Shown here: piece after piece, positions 46,991 to 55,991 of the stretch | Layout of the letters: each line of letters opens with the position of its first letter | Position numbering within the stretch: position 1 is the first letter of the stretch | Notes under the pieces: generated by a model | The model's database searches: none | Told to the model about the DNA's origin: nothing | The model's input: the letters and a program-made list of their open reading frames with translations, nothing else | Source of the DNA: Candidatus Bathyarchaeia archaeon | GTDB taxonomy: Archaea; Thermoproteota; Bathyarchaeia; Bathyarchaeales; Bathycorpusculaceae | Direction: 5' to 3' | NCBI GenBank assembly: GCA_049521795.1 | Contig: JBEKOM010000005.1 | Location: 1 to 64,000 of the forward strand | DNA length: 64,000 nucleotides | Translations under genes and position numbers: made by a program

Positions 46991-47657
46991 AGTGTCACCC
47001 TATTACACCGATTGATGCGGCTTCTTCACCTCATATAACTTTTATGTCGATGAAGGTTCTATCTGATGATCGCGTCAAGCGTGCGACTTGCGCAGCAATG
47101 AATTCAAGATCTTGGTCGATCTCCAAGATCTAGATACATGCCAAAGAATTTTTCGCTTCCTTGCAGTACGAGCTTTCTGAGTTTTTCTGTGCACTGCTCT
47201 TTCCTTGACTTGTCTTTCCAAGAGCGTTCAGGTTAGTTCCAAAAAGGGAGATTTTTTTGAAAAATGGCAAATAATGAGTCGGGAGAAATGAAGTGTCCTT
47301 AGCAAATCCCCATTTTCCTAATTCATGGGGTCTGATGGGTAAAAAGTCTTAAAACCTTCACCGTCCACTATTGGAATGGCAAATGCTGCGTAGTGGAGAT
47401 TTGTGTATGCCTTCATTGAAGAAGAAGAATGTTGGGAAGAAGAAAAAACACGAGGACAAGATTGGCAAATAGTGGATTTCACGTTTGCCTTTTGTGCTGG
47501 TCTTCGTCGTTCATATGCCATGTCGTTGACGAGGGTTACCTATTCAGAAATATAGTCGTTCGCGCGTCAGCTGCAAATCGCTGTCTACGAGAGTCTCCTT
47601 TTCAGATTTTGCCGCTGGAGATATATTAAAGACACGACAACCATTTGACTAATCCGC

Positions 47658-48038
47658 ATGAATTGCTATGGGGCTGAGTGCACGGAGACCTTAACGATGA
47701 TTATTAGCAGTTCTCCTTACGGAGATGAAAGAATCTGGAATGCCCTGAGGCTGGCGGAAGCGCTGTGTTGCATCGGAGCAAAGATGAAGATCAACATTTT
47801 CCTGATAGGCGACGCCGTAAACGCTGCTAAGAAGGGACAAAAACCTCCTAAAGGCTTCTACAACATCGAGAAAATGCTTGCGGACCTTGTCAAGGCAGGC
47901 GTGAATACCCGCGTTTGCCACACAAGCATGAACTTGAGAGGGCTTACGGAACAAGACTTGGTCAAAGGAACAAAAATGGGTACAATCACAGAACTGTCTA
48001 AGTGGATACATCAATCACAAAAGGTCATATCCTTCTAG
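47658..48038 (+). CDS. DsrE/YchN family protein (possibly decaying)
   Basis: SSPYGDERIWNALRLA, FLIGDAV..AKKGQ, KVISF; usual CxxC appears as CHTS. Confidence 0.85.
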   Translation: MNCYGAECTETLTMIISSSPYGDERIWNALRLAEALCCIGAKMKINIFLIGDAVNAAKKGQKPPKGFYNIEKMLADLVKAGVNTRVCHTSMNLRGLTEQDLVKGTKMGTITELSKWIHQSQKVISF

Positions 48039-48327
48039 AGCAATAGTGTGCGCCCGTGGTTTTGGAGCCCAGTTCTACCCGAGACAAGTATAGATACCGA
48101 GCAAAAGACGAAATCTAGTTTCGCCTTCCTGGAGTTACTCAAAAGAGGAAGTCAGATAGCCTGGGAAAAATGATCTCTTGCCCTCCGTCCGACTACGGCG
48201 ACGTGAAGTCCGCCCAAGAAAGGACCAAAATCAGAATGCTAGGGACGAAATGTCAGCGAGACATTTACTCAGGTTATGAGAAATCTTATAAGAAAGTAAC
48301 AAAGAAGTTGAAGGAACAGGGAAACAA

Positions 48328-48798
48328 ATGAAACTGAACTATATTGGCATCGTTGGTGCAATAATAGCTTTTGTCAGCATCGCACTTCCATGGTGGACAG
48401 AGTCTGCAGGAGGGTTGAGCTACGACCTGAAGTTATATGACGCAGGAATTCTAGGTGCAACATTGAACTACTGGTACGGCTGGGTGGCCCTCCTGTTTGT
48501 CGTATTAGGCGGAGTACTAGGATTAGCGGGCAGCGTAATGTCAAACGGAAAAAGGATAGTAATGGGAGGCGGCATACTCGCATTGATTGCGATAATAATC
48601 TTTCCAGTAGGCTTTCAAATGGACCTCATGCGTTTGAACGCTACAATCAGCATATTCAATAGCGGCACTGTCTCAGCGTATCTATCCTATGGCTTCTGGT
48701 TGGCGCTCGTTGCAGCAATCATCATGCTCGTAGCCATGCGCTATCCGAAACCCACTGCTCAGGCACCATCCGCGCCACCGCCAACCCCGACAACGTAG
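48328..48798 (+). CDS. Four-TM hypothetical membrane protein
   Basis: LPWW and YGFWLAL motifs; Pro-rich tail. Confidence 0.8.
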   Translation: MKLNYIGIVGAIIAFVSIALPWWTESAGGLSYDLKLYDAGILGATLNYWYGWVALLFVVLGGVLGLAGSVMSNGKRIVMGGGILALIAIIIFPVGFQMDLMRLNATISIFNSGTVSAYLSYGFWLALVAAIIMLVAMRYPKPTAQAPSAPPPTPTT

Positions 48799-48888
48799 AA
48801 ATCCGCAGACATCAACTGACTCGTCACATTTAGTCAACCCCACTTTTTTCATGCACTCAGACGCAGAGGACAAGCTGAACGTGGGGTT

Positions 48889-48916
48889 TGTTTTGCGGAA
48901 AGTTATTTCTCAAACC
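48889..48916 (+). repeat. Degenerate copy of 28-bp palindrome (site G)
   Basis: TGTTTTGCGGA-AAGTTA-TTTCTCAAACC. Confidence 0.55.
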
Positions 48917-49592
48917 TAATCTCGCGATATTTGCTCAACCAGACGAGCCCACAAGAACACAGCTGAACTTCTAACACTTGAGCAAGCCTGCTAATTCATA
49001 ACGCGGACCAACATCAACTTCGCTCACTATTTCTCTTGCCCGCGAAAATTCAAAGATCCTTGGCTTCCAAGGCGATTGTCTCACATTCCGCAGAACCCAC
49101 GCCAACAGTGCAACTCCTTCACAAATCAGCGCTCCGATCTCTCCAATTTTTCTGCCAGTTCTTCACAATTCAACCTTCCTTGAAACGCACTCGTTCAGAC
49201 CTCAGATCAATCAGCATGAGAAAGAAGGGATCAGAGTGAAGCGGCATCAAAAAGTAACTACCCTTGCCCAGGCCTCTGCTGAGTGCTCTGCATGCACTCG
49301 GCTTCAAGCCCGTACAAATCCGCTCGGGCCTTCCGCAAGGTCTACGCGCAGTACTAACATCCTAGGGGGAGGGGGTGAAATAGACAAGGTCAAGACGCGA
49401 ATACAGGGATGTAGCGCATGTTCCCGTTCTCGCCATCGTGAGTTGTGAATTAGCGTTGTTCAAGGAAAGAGAAACAGAAAAGGATTAATGCACGGTTGAA
49501 GAGGTATTATGCGGTGTCTGAAATGAGGAATAGCGTTCTCTGTTCGTAAGAACAAAACCTTTAATACTAAACATCCCAACTCAGACAGTTTC

Positions 49593-52511
49593 ATGGAATT
49601 TTCGAGAAAAATCGAAGAGAAATGGCAGAAGAAATGGGAGAAGGCCAAGATTTTCGAGGCAGACCCAGACCCATCGAAGCCAAAGTACTACGTAACCGTG
49701 GCTTATCCTTACCCCAACAGTCCGCAGCACATCGGCCACGGAAGAACGTACACGCTCGCAGACGTGCACGCGCGGTACAAGCGCATGCGCGGCTACAACG
49801 TCCTTTTGCCCATGGCTTTTCATTACACGGGCACGCCTGTCCTGGCCATGGCTAAGCGGCTTGCAGACAACGACAAGGGTCTCATCAGCGACTTTGTCAA
49901 CGTCTACAAGATCCCCAAGGAAAGGCTGAAAGACCTATCTGACCCGATGGCGATGGCCCGCTACTTCCACCAAGAAATCAAGAGCGGAATGAAAGAGATA
50001 GGCTACTCAATCGACTGGAGACGCGAGTTCACAACCATAGACCCGCACTACAACCGCTTCATCGAGTGGCAGTTCCAAAAACTTCGCCAGGGCGGCTTCA
50101 TAAGCCGCGGGAGCCACCCCGTTGGCTGGTGTCCCAGAGATGGAAACCCAGTGGGCCAGCACGACACGGTCGGCGACGTGGAACCAGAAATAGGCGAATT
50201 CACACTGATAAAGTTCAGACAAGACAACCTGGTCTATCCGGCAGCCACATTGCGTCCCGAAACAGTCTTCGGCGTCACAAACATCTGGCTCAACCCCAGA
50301 AGCACGTACGTGAGAGCCAACGTTGACGGCGAACAGTGGATAATCAGCCAAGAAAGCGTTGAAAAACTCGTTCACCTCAGCCGAAAAGTCAAGGTCATAG
50401 CAACCGTCGAAGGAAAAGAGCTCATAGGAAAGCACGTTGAAAACCCGGCTACGAACACCAGAATCTTGATACTGCCGGCCGACTTCGTCGACCCAAAGAA
50501 CGCCACCGGCGTGGTCATGTCGGTCCCAGCGCACGCGCCATACGACTACGTCGCCCTAGAAAACATCAGAAAGACACCAGACAAGGTCAAAGACTACGGA
50601 ATACCACCCCAAACCATAGACTCAGTAAGACCCATCGGAATGATCGAGGTTCCAGGCTACTCAGAGATACCTGCTGCAGACGCAGTCAGGAAGATGAAGA
50701 TCCAAGAACAGACCGATCCGAAGCTCGAGGACGCAACGAAGGAAGTCTACAGGCACGAGTTTCACAACGGCAGACTGAGACGAAACACCGGCAAATACTG
50801 TGGCACGTCGGTGGCCGAAGCTAAGGACATGGTGAAAAAAGACCTGATCCAAGATGGCAAAGCCACAACCATGTACGAACTGCTGAACAGACCAGTCTTC
50901 TGCCGCTGCAAGACAGAGTGCATAGTCAAAATCTTCGAAGACCAATGGTTCATCGACTACGGAAAACCAGACTGGAAAGCACTGGCGCACATGAACCTCG
51001 ATAAGATGGAGATACTGCCAGAAGAACTGCGTCAAGAGTTCAGCAACGTAATTGACTGGCTGCACGAGAAAGCCTGTGCAAGAAAATCAGGCATGGGCAC
51101 GCGGCTCCCATGGGACAAGGAATGGATAATAGAATCACTATCCGACTCCACCATCTACATGGCATACTACACGATTGTTAAACACATCAAAGCAAACAGG
51201 ATCCAGCCCGACCAACTGACAGTCGAAGTCTTCGACCACATCTTCCTCGGAAAAGGCGAAGCCAAGAAAATAGCCAAAAAAGTCAACCTAGACGCCAAAG
51301 TCTTAGAGCAGATGCGCAGCGAGTTCAAGTACTTCTACCCATTAGACAGCCGCCACTCAGGACGAGACCTAGTTCCTAACCACCTGACCTTCATGATATT
51401 CAACCACACTGCCATATTCCCCGAAGACCTGTGGCCACGCCAGATAGCAACCAACGGCAGCGTGATGATGGAAGGCGCAAAGATGAGCAAATCCTTCGGA
51501 AACATAATCCCACTCAGGGAAGGCCTAAAGAAGTTCGGCGCAGACCCCGTAAGGCTCAGCGTCATGTCAACCGCAGAACTGCTGCAAGACGCCGACTTCA
51601 GCCCCACAATCGCCACATCGATGCGCGACAGGCTGGGACGCCTCTACAAGTTCGTGTCAGAACTCATGAAGACTTCGGGAAAAAGAAAGACCTCAAGCCA
51701 GCCGCTCACAGCCATAGACAAGTGGATGCTGAGCCGACTGCAAGAACACATCAAGAAAGCGACCGAAGCCATGGACAAACTCGCCGTGCGCAAGGCAATA
51801 CACGACGTCATGTACGGGTTGGACCAAGATTTCCAGTGGTACCAAAGACGCACGGCACAACACAACGGAAAGAGAAAACTCGCAATCGCGTTCGTGCACC
51901 GTCAGGTCACAGACGCTCAGGTCAGAATGCTAGCTCCAGTCGCTCCACACGCGTGCGAAGAGCTGTGGGAGATGATGGGCGGCGAAGGCTTCGTTTCACT
52001 CAGTTCATGGCCAATTCCAGACGAGTCAAAAGTGGATATTCGAGCCGAGGAAAATGAGGCTCTAATCACAAGCGTAGTGGAAGACACGCTGAACATCACA
52101 AAAGCAACAGGGGCAACACCGAAGAAAATATTCTACTATGTGGCTGCCCGCTGGAAGTGGCAAACTTGGCTAAAAGCCTTAGAAAAATCCATGTCAGCAA
52201 AGATCGCACAGAAAGACCTCATGAAAGAGCTGATGGCAAACGCTGAAATGAGAGCTAAGGCTGAAAAAGTGTCCAAGTTCACTGCGCAAATCACAGATGA
52301 CTTGAACAGGATGGCAGAGGAGAGAAAGAAGAGACTAGCGCAGATCAACCTAGTGGACGAAGCTCAAGCCTTGAGAGAAGCCAAAGACTTCTTCGAGAAA
52401 GAACTGAACGCTGAAGTAAACATCTATGACGAAGAGGACGCAGAACGCTACGACCCGAGGTCGAGGGCACAGGTCGCCAAGCCAGGTCGCCCAGCAATCT
52501 TCATAGAATAA
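49593..52511 (+). CDS. leuS: Leucine--tRNA ligase (archaeal type)
   Basis: HIGH, TLRPET, GVVMSVPAHAPYD, ESLSDSTIY, KMSKS. Confidence 0.98.
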   Translation: MEFSRKIEEKWQKKWEKAKIFEADPDPSKPKYYVTVAYPYPNSPQHIGHGRTYTLADVHARYKRMRGYNVLLPMAFHYTGTPVLAMAKRLADNDKGLISDFVNVYKIPKERLKDLSDPMAMARYFHQEIKSGMKEIGYSIDWRREFTTIDPHYNRFIEWQFQKLRQGGFISRGSHPVGWCPRDGNPVGQHDTVGDVEPEIGEFTLIKFRQDNLVYPAATLRPETVFGVTNIWLNPRSTYVRANVDGEQWIISQESVEKLVHLSRKVKVIATVEGKELIGKHVENPATNTRILILPADFVDPKNATGVVMSVPAHAPYDYVALENIRKTPDKVKDYGIPPQTIDSVRPIGMIEVPGYSEIPAADAVRKMKIQEQTDPKLEDATKEVYRHEFHNGRLRRNTGKYCGTSVAEAKDMVKKDLIQDGKATTMYELLNRPVFCRCKTECIVKIFEDQWFIDYGKPDWKALAHMNLDKMEILPEELRQEFSNVIDWLHEKACARKSGMGTRLPWDKEWIIESLSDSTIYMAYYTIVKHIKANRIQPDQLTVEVFDHIFLGKGEAKKIAKKVNLDAKVLEQMRSEFKYFYPLDSRHSGRDLVPNHLTFMIFNHTAIFPEDLWPRQIATNGSVMMEGAKMSKSFGNIIPLREGLKKFGADPVRLSVMSTAELLQDADFSPTIATSMRDRLGRLYKFVSELMKTSGKRKTSSQPLTAIDKWMLSRLQEHIKKATEAMDKLAVRKAIHDVMYGLDQDFQWYQRRTAQHNGKRKLAIAFVHRQVTDAQVRMLAPVAPHACEELWEMMGGEGFVSLSSWPIPDESKVDIRAEENEALITSVVEDTLNITKATGATPKKIFYYVAARWKWQTWLKALEKSMSAKIAQKDLMKELMANAEMRAKAEKVSKFTAQITDDLNRMAEERKKRLAQINLVDEAQALREAKDFFEKELNAEVNIYDEEDAERYDPRSRAQVAKPGRPAIFIE

Positions 52512-52549
52512 AATATATCAACCAAGCCCGTCTTTTTAGTTTCGAAAAT

Positions 52550-52660
52550 GGATCCGTAGCGCAGCATGGATGCAGATTACGCCATAAAGCGCGTCGGCCT
52601 TCTAAAGCCGAGGCTGAGGAAAGCCGAAAGTCCTGGGTTCAAATCCCAGCGGATCCGCCA
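52550..52660 (+). tRNA. tRNA-Arg(UCU) with two BHB introns (52572-52587 in the D-loop; 52605-52621 at 37/38), CCA encoded
   Basis: Acceptor GGATCCG/CGGATCC, D-stem GCGC/GCGC, anticodon stem TCGGC/GCCGA, TCT at 52601-52603, T-arm CTGGG-TTCAAAT-CCCAG; removing both introns gives 78 nt. Confidence 0.93.
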
Positions 52661-52854
52661 ATGAGAACTCAACGAGTTTTCGCGACAGTTGACGCTTTCT
52701 GTAAAATCACAATTAGATAACATAGTGAAGTTTAGGAACAGGCATGCGTGCTGGCTGTTTTTCCTTGTGAAAGCGGAAATTATAAATCAGTAATGAAATA
52801 ATAGAGTGTAGTTGCTTCAGTATTTGACTCATCTCTGTATAAGGGGGTAGGATT

Positions 52855-53613
52855 ATGAGCACTCATGCAGAAGACTTAAAACTTCGCCTAATGACGATCG
52901 AACTGCTTAGGACCGCAAAGTACAAGAGAAACATCACCTACCGCGAACTGGCCTCAAAAACCGGTTTGCCCGTCACCGTCCTGAGTAGATACGCGAAGGG
53001 GCATGTCCTCCCTAACACCTCGAGGGCAAAGCAGCTGTGGAAGGTTCTCACGAAACTCGTTGGCCTTGAAACCGAGCTTCGCAGCAGAATAAAGTTTGAT
53101 GGTGAAGGATACTTCGACAACACGGAAATCATAGGCGATTTCAACATCCTCCAGCAGGCGGCAAATCACGCGCTGGCCAACTTTGCTGGAAAAAGAGTGA
53201 CAAGAGTTCTCTCTGCAGCCGTGGACGGCATCCCGCTGGCAGCAATGGTTGCCAACGCCCTCGGAGTGAACCTGGTGATCGCGAAGCGAAGCAAGGAGGT
53301 TGGCGTCAAGGCCTTCCTTGAGGAAACATACGTTCTCATGAAAGGATCAGGTATCACGAACACGCTTTACATTCCCAAAGAAGCCATCAGGAAGCGCGAC
53401 AGCGTCCTGATCGTGGACGACATGATCAAGACGGGCGAAACGCAGGCCGCATTGGTGAACCTAGTTCGGAAAGCGAAAGCTGAGATGTCAGGAGTTTTCT
53501 TCCTCATAGCCGTCGGCGACGAGTGGAAGAAGACCCTCAAGCTTTCAGGCGAATGCCCGATAGAAGTGATCACGTACGTCAAGCCGCCGTACGACCAGAG
53601 CACCCGCTACTAG
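52855..53613 (+). CDS. HTH-PRTase fusion (PurR-like regulator / adenine PRTase family)
   Basis: TYRELASKTGLPVTVLSRY..GHVLP HTH; VLIVDDMIKTGET PRPP loop. Confidence 0.88.
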   Translation: MSTHAEDLKLRLMTIELLRTAKYKRNITYRELASKTGLPVTVLSRYAKGHVLPNTSRAKQLWKVLTKLVGLETELRSRIKFDGEGYFDNTEIIGDFNILQQAANHALANFAGKRVTRVLSAAVDGIPLAAMVANALGVNLVIAKRSKEVGVKAFLEETYVLMKGSGITNTLYIPKEAIRKRDSVLIVDDMIKTGETQAALVNLVRKAKAEMSGVFFLIAVGDEWKKTLKLSGECPIEVITYVKPPYDQSTRY

Positions 53614-54303
53614 CTAGAGAAACGCGGGACTTTTCCCCTTTCTAAGATAATCCTTGCCAAGTCTCAGCAGGGCAGTTTCAAAGTTGACGAAAGACTTTCC
53701 GGTGAGCTCGCATCTCGCCCAGAAAACCTTCAGCTGCCTCAAAGCGTCTTCGGCAGTTGCATCTTTCTTCACGATTCCAAGCCGTTTCGCGACCTCCACG
53801 ACCAGTGGCGTCGGCCTGGGATCAGCTTTCTGCCAAACTCCACGCAGTTCTCTCAGGAAAATGCTGACAGTTACGTCACCGATGCCCTTACCCAAGGCTT
53901 TCAGCCTCCTCTCCAAGTCGCGAGCATCAGAGGCCTGAACGTGGATCATGTTTGGGCTTCCCCGGTACGTTTCGGTCAGGTTTCGCATAACCTCTAGCAG
54001 CTTGTCTGCAGTTTTGAAGTCGTAGCGCGTGTAGCTTCCTTCGTCCAGGATCTTGACAAGCCCATCCCAACCTCTGTCAAGTATCTTCTTAGGCGTTAAG
54101 GCGTCACACTTTTCGAAGCACTCGTAGGTCTTGATGACAGAGGATTCCGTTATCGGCGCACCGAAAAGCAAAGACGCTAGGAACCACTTGAAAACCTCTC
54201 CATCGTTCCCCGACGAGAGATTTATGCCTAAGGCTTCGGAGTATTTCTGCCCTAGGCTTTCAACAAGAGCTTTGACACTTTCCTTTTTCAATACGTTCTT
54301 CAC
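53614..54303 (-). CDS. HhH-GPD/endonuclease III-like protein
   Basis: FKWFLASLLFG, YTRYDFKTA, KGIGDVTVSIFLRE HhH. Confidence 0.7.
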   Translation of the reverse strand: MKNVLKKESVKALVESLGQKYSEALGINLSSGNDGEVFKWFLASLLFGAPITESSVIKTYECFEKCDALTPKKILDRGWDGLVKILDEGSYTRYDFKTADKLLEVMRNLTETYRGSPNMIHVQASDARDLERRLKALGKGIGDVTVSIFLRELRGVWQKADPRPTPLVVEVAKRLGIVKKDATAEDALRQLKVFWARCELTGKSFVNFETALLRLGKDYLRKGKSPAFL

Positions 54304-54356
54304 CTACCAACAAGTCTTATACGGTCAAATCATAAACGGTTTACGAGGATGAAACT

Positions 54357-55376
54357 GTGCGGACCATAGAATGGCGCAAAGGAACGGTTGCAACAATAGA
54401 CCAGACAAAGCTTCCAGACGAAGAAACGCGTATCATCATCAAAAACTGCGGCGAAATGGCTGAAGCAATAAGGTCGATGAGAATAAGAGGTGCGCCTCTC
54501 CTAGGCGCTGCAGCCGCTTTTGCACTGGCCTTGACAGCTTTTGACTCGAAAGCAAAGAGTAAGGAGGAATTGATTAGCGAGTTGGAGGAGGCAGCAGACA
54601 CGATCAGACGAACAAGGCCGACTGCTGTCAACCTTTTCTGGGCCCTAGACAGGATCCTGAACAAGGCTAAAGCACTGCCTGGAAACCGAGATGCCCTAGC
54701 CGGCTTCGTGGTGGAAGAAGCAAAGAAGATAGCTGATGAGGACGCGGCGGCAAACCGGGCGATTGGCAAGTACGGCGCTGAGCTCGTTCATGACGGAGAC
54801 GTCATACTGACGCACTGCAACGCTGGGGCTTTGGCCACAGTCGAGTATGGCACTGCTCTCGGCGTTATTCGAGCAGCTTGGGAGCAGGGAAAACGCATCA
54901 AAGTCATCGCGGCTGAGACTCGTCCGCTCTTGCAGGGCGCACGACTGTCAGTTTACGAGCTTAAGAAAGAAGGTATACCGGTCACCTTGATCACCGACAA
55001 CATGGTCGGATACCTGATGTATAAGAAGATGGTCAATAAGGTCTTGGTCGGTGCAGACAGGATAGTCAGAGACGCGGTGATCAACAAGGTTGGAACGTTC
55101 ACAATTGCTGTTCTGGCCAGAGAGCACAAGATTCCTTTTTACGTTGCAGCACCAAGCTCAACGTTCGACCTTGTTCACACTTCAAGACAGGTTGTTATCG
55201 AGGAACGAAAGCCAGAGGAAGTCACCCACATAGGCTCAAAGCGCATCACCGTCGAGGGAGTGGACGTGCTAAACCCAGCCTTCGACATAACTCCATTCAA
55301 GTACGTGACAGCGATAATCAGTGAAAAAGGCGTCTTACCACCGGAATATTTCAGTGAACACAAAGCCAACCGCTAA
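54357..55376 (+). CDS. mtnA: S-methyl-5-thioribose-1-phosphate isomerase (eIF2B-like family)
   Basis: IRGAP, RPTAVNL, THCNAGALAT, ETRPLLQGARL, NPAFDITP. Confidence 0.93.
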   Translation: MRTIEWRKGTVATIDQTKLPDEETRIIIKNCGEMAEAIRSMRIRGAPLLGAAAAFALALTAFDSKAKSKEELISELEEAADTIRRTRPTAVNLFWALDRILNKAKALPGNRDALAGFVVEEAKKIADEDAAANRAIGKYGAELVHDGDVILTHCNAGALATVEYGTALGVIRAAWEQGKRIKVIAAETRPLLQGARLSVYELKKEGIPVTLITDNMVGYLMYKKMVNKVLVGADRIVRDAVINKVGTFTIAVLAREHKIPFYVAAPSSTFDLVHTSRQVVIEERKPEEVTHIGSKRITVEGVDVLNPAFDITPFKYVTAIISEKGVLPPEYFSEHKANR

Positions 55377-55415
55377 TAGGAAGAAACGATAACTTCATGA
55401 CAGTTGTGGAATTGG

Positions 55416-55973
55416 ATGAGCAAGAAAGAAAAGCCGGCCAACAGCGGCTCAGAATTCAAGATTAAGGGCTTACTCGTCGAAAGTGGGGTTCGAGTCACTG
55501 AAAAGGAGTCTGCAGACGAACTCTCGTCAAGAGGTTACGGTGTGGTCGAAGGCAAAGAGCTGCTGCTCACCTTCTACGAGGCTCTCTACCTCTTGGACAA
55601 GCAGATGCTGGAAGCCGAGGATGAACAAGGTAAAAAGGTGAACTTTCAAAGTCTGGTGGAACGCTCCGAGAGCGTCAACGAGAACGCTTGGGCAGGATAC
55701 CTGGTTTATCGAGACCTGAGAAGTCGCGGATACGTGGTCCGAGAAGGATTCGGTTCAAGAGTTGACTTTCGCGTCTACGAACGAGGAGACTACAGCAAAG
55801 CCACAGCGAAATATCTGATCATAAGCGTTCAAGAGGGAAAACCAACCTCGCTCGAAGACCTCACAGGCTCGTTGACGGAAAGCCTGAGTCTGAAGAAGGA
55901 GCTGGTTTTGGCCGTCATCAACCGCAGAGGAGAAACAGTTTATTATTCAGTCTCAGAATTGAACCTAAAATGA
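55416..55973 (+). CDS. endA: tRNA splicing endonuclease subunit (probably structural beta subunit)
   Basis: L.FYEALYL, LVYRDLRSRGYVV, DFRVY; the usual catalytic K(F/Y)G and His motifs are not evident. Confidence 0.85.
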   Translation: MSKKEKPANSGSEFKIKGLLVESGVRVTEKESADELSSRGYGVVEGKELLLTFYEALYLLDKQMLEAEDEQGKKVNFQSLVERSESVNENAWAGYLVYRDLRSRGYVVREGFGSRVDFRVYERGDYSKATAKYLIISVQEGKPTSLEDLTGSLTESLSLKKELVLAVINRRGETVYYSVSELNLK

Positions 55974-55991
55974 TGCCGAGGAAAATATGGA

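Noticed and set aside
51431-52057. 208-aa alternative-frame ORF inside leuS
   Set aside because: Arg-rich, low-complexity shadow frame of a conserved gene
52660-52855. tRNA-targeted integrative element (att site)
   Set aside because: No duplicate of the tRNA 3' end or integrase was seen; flanking genes are housekeeping
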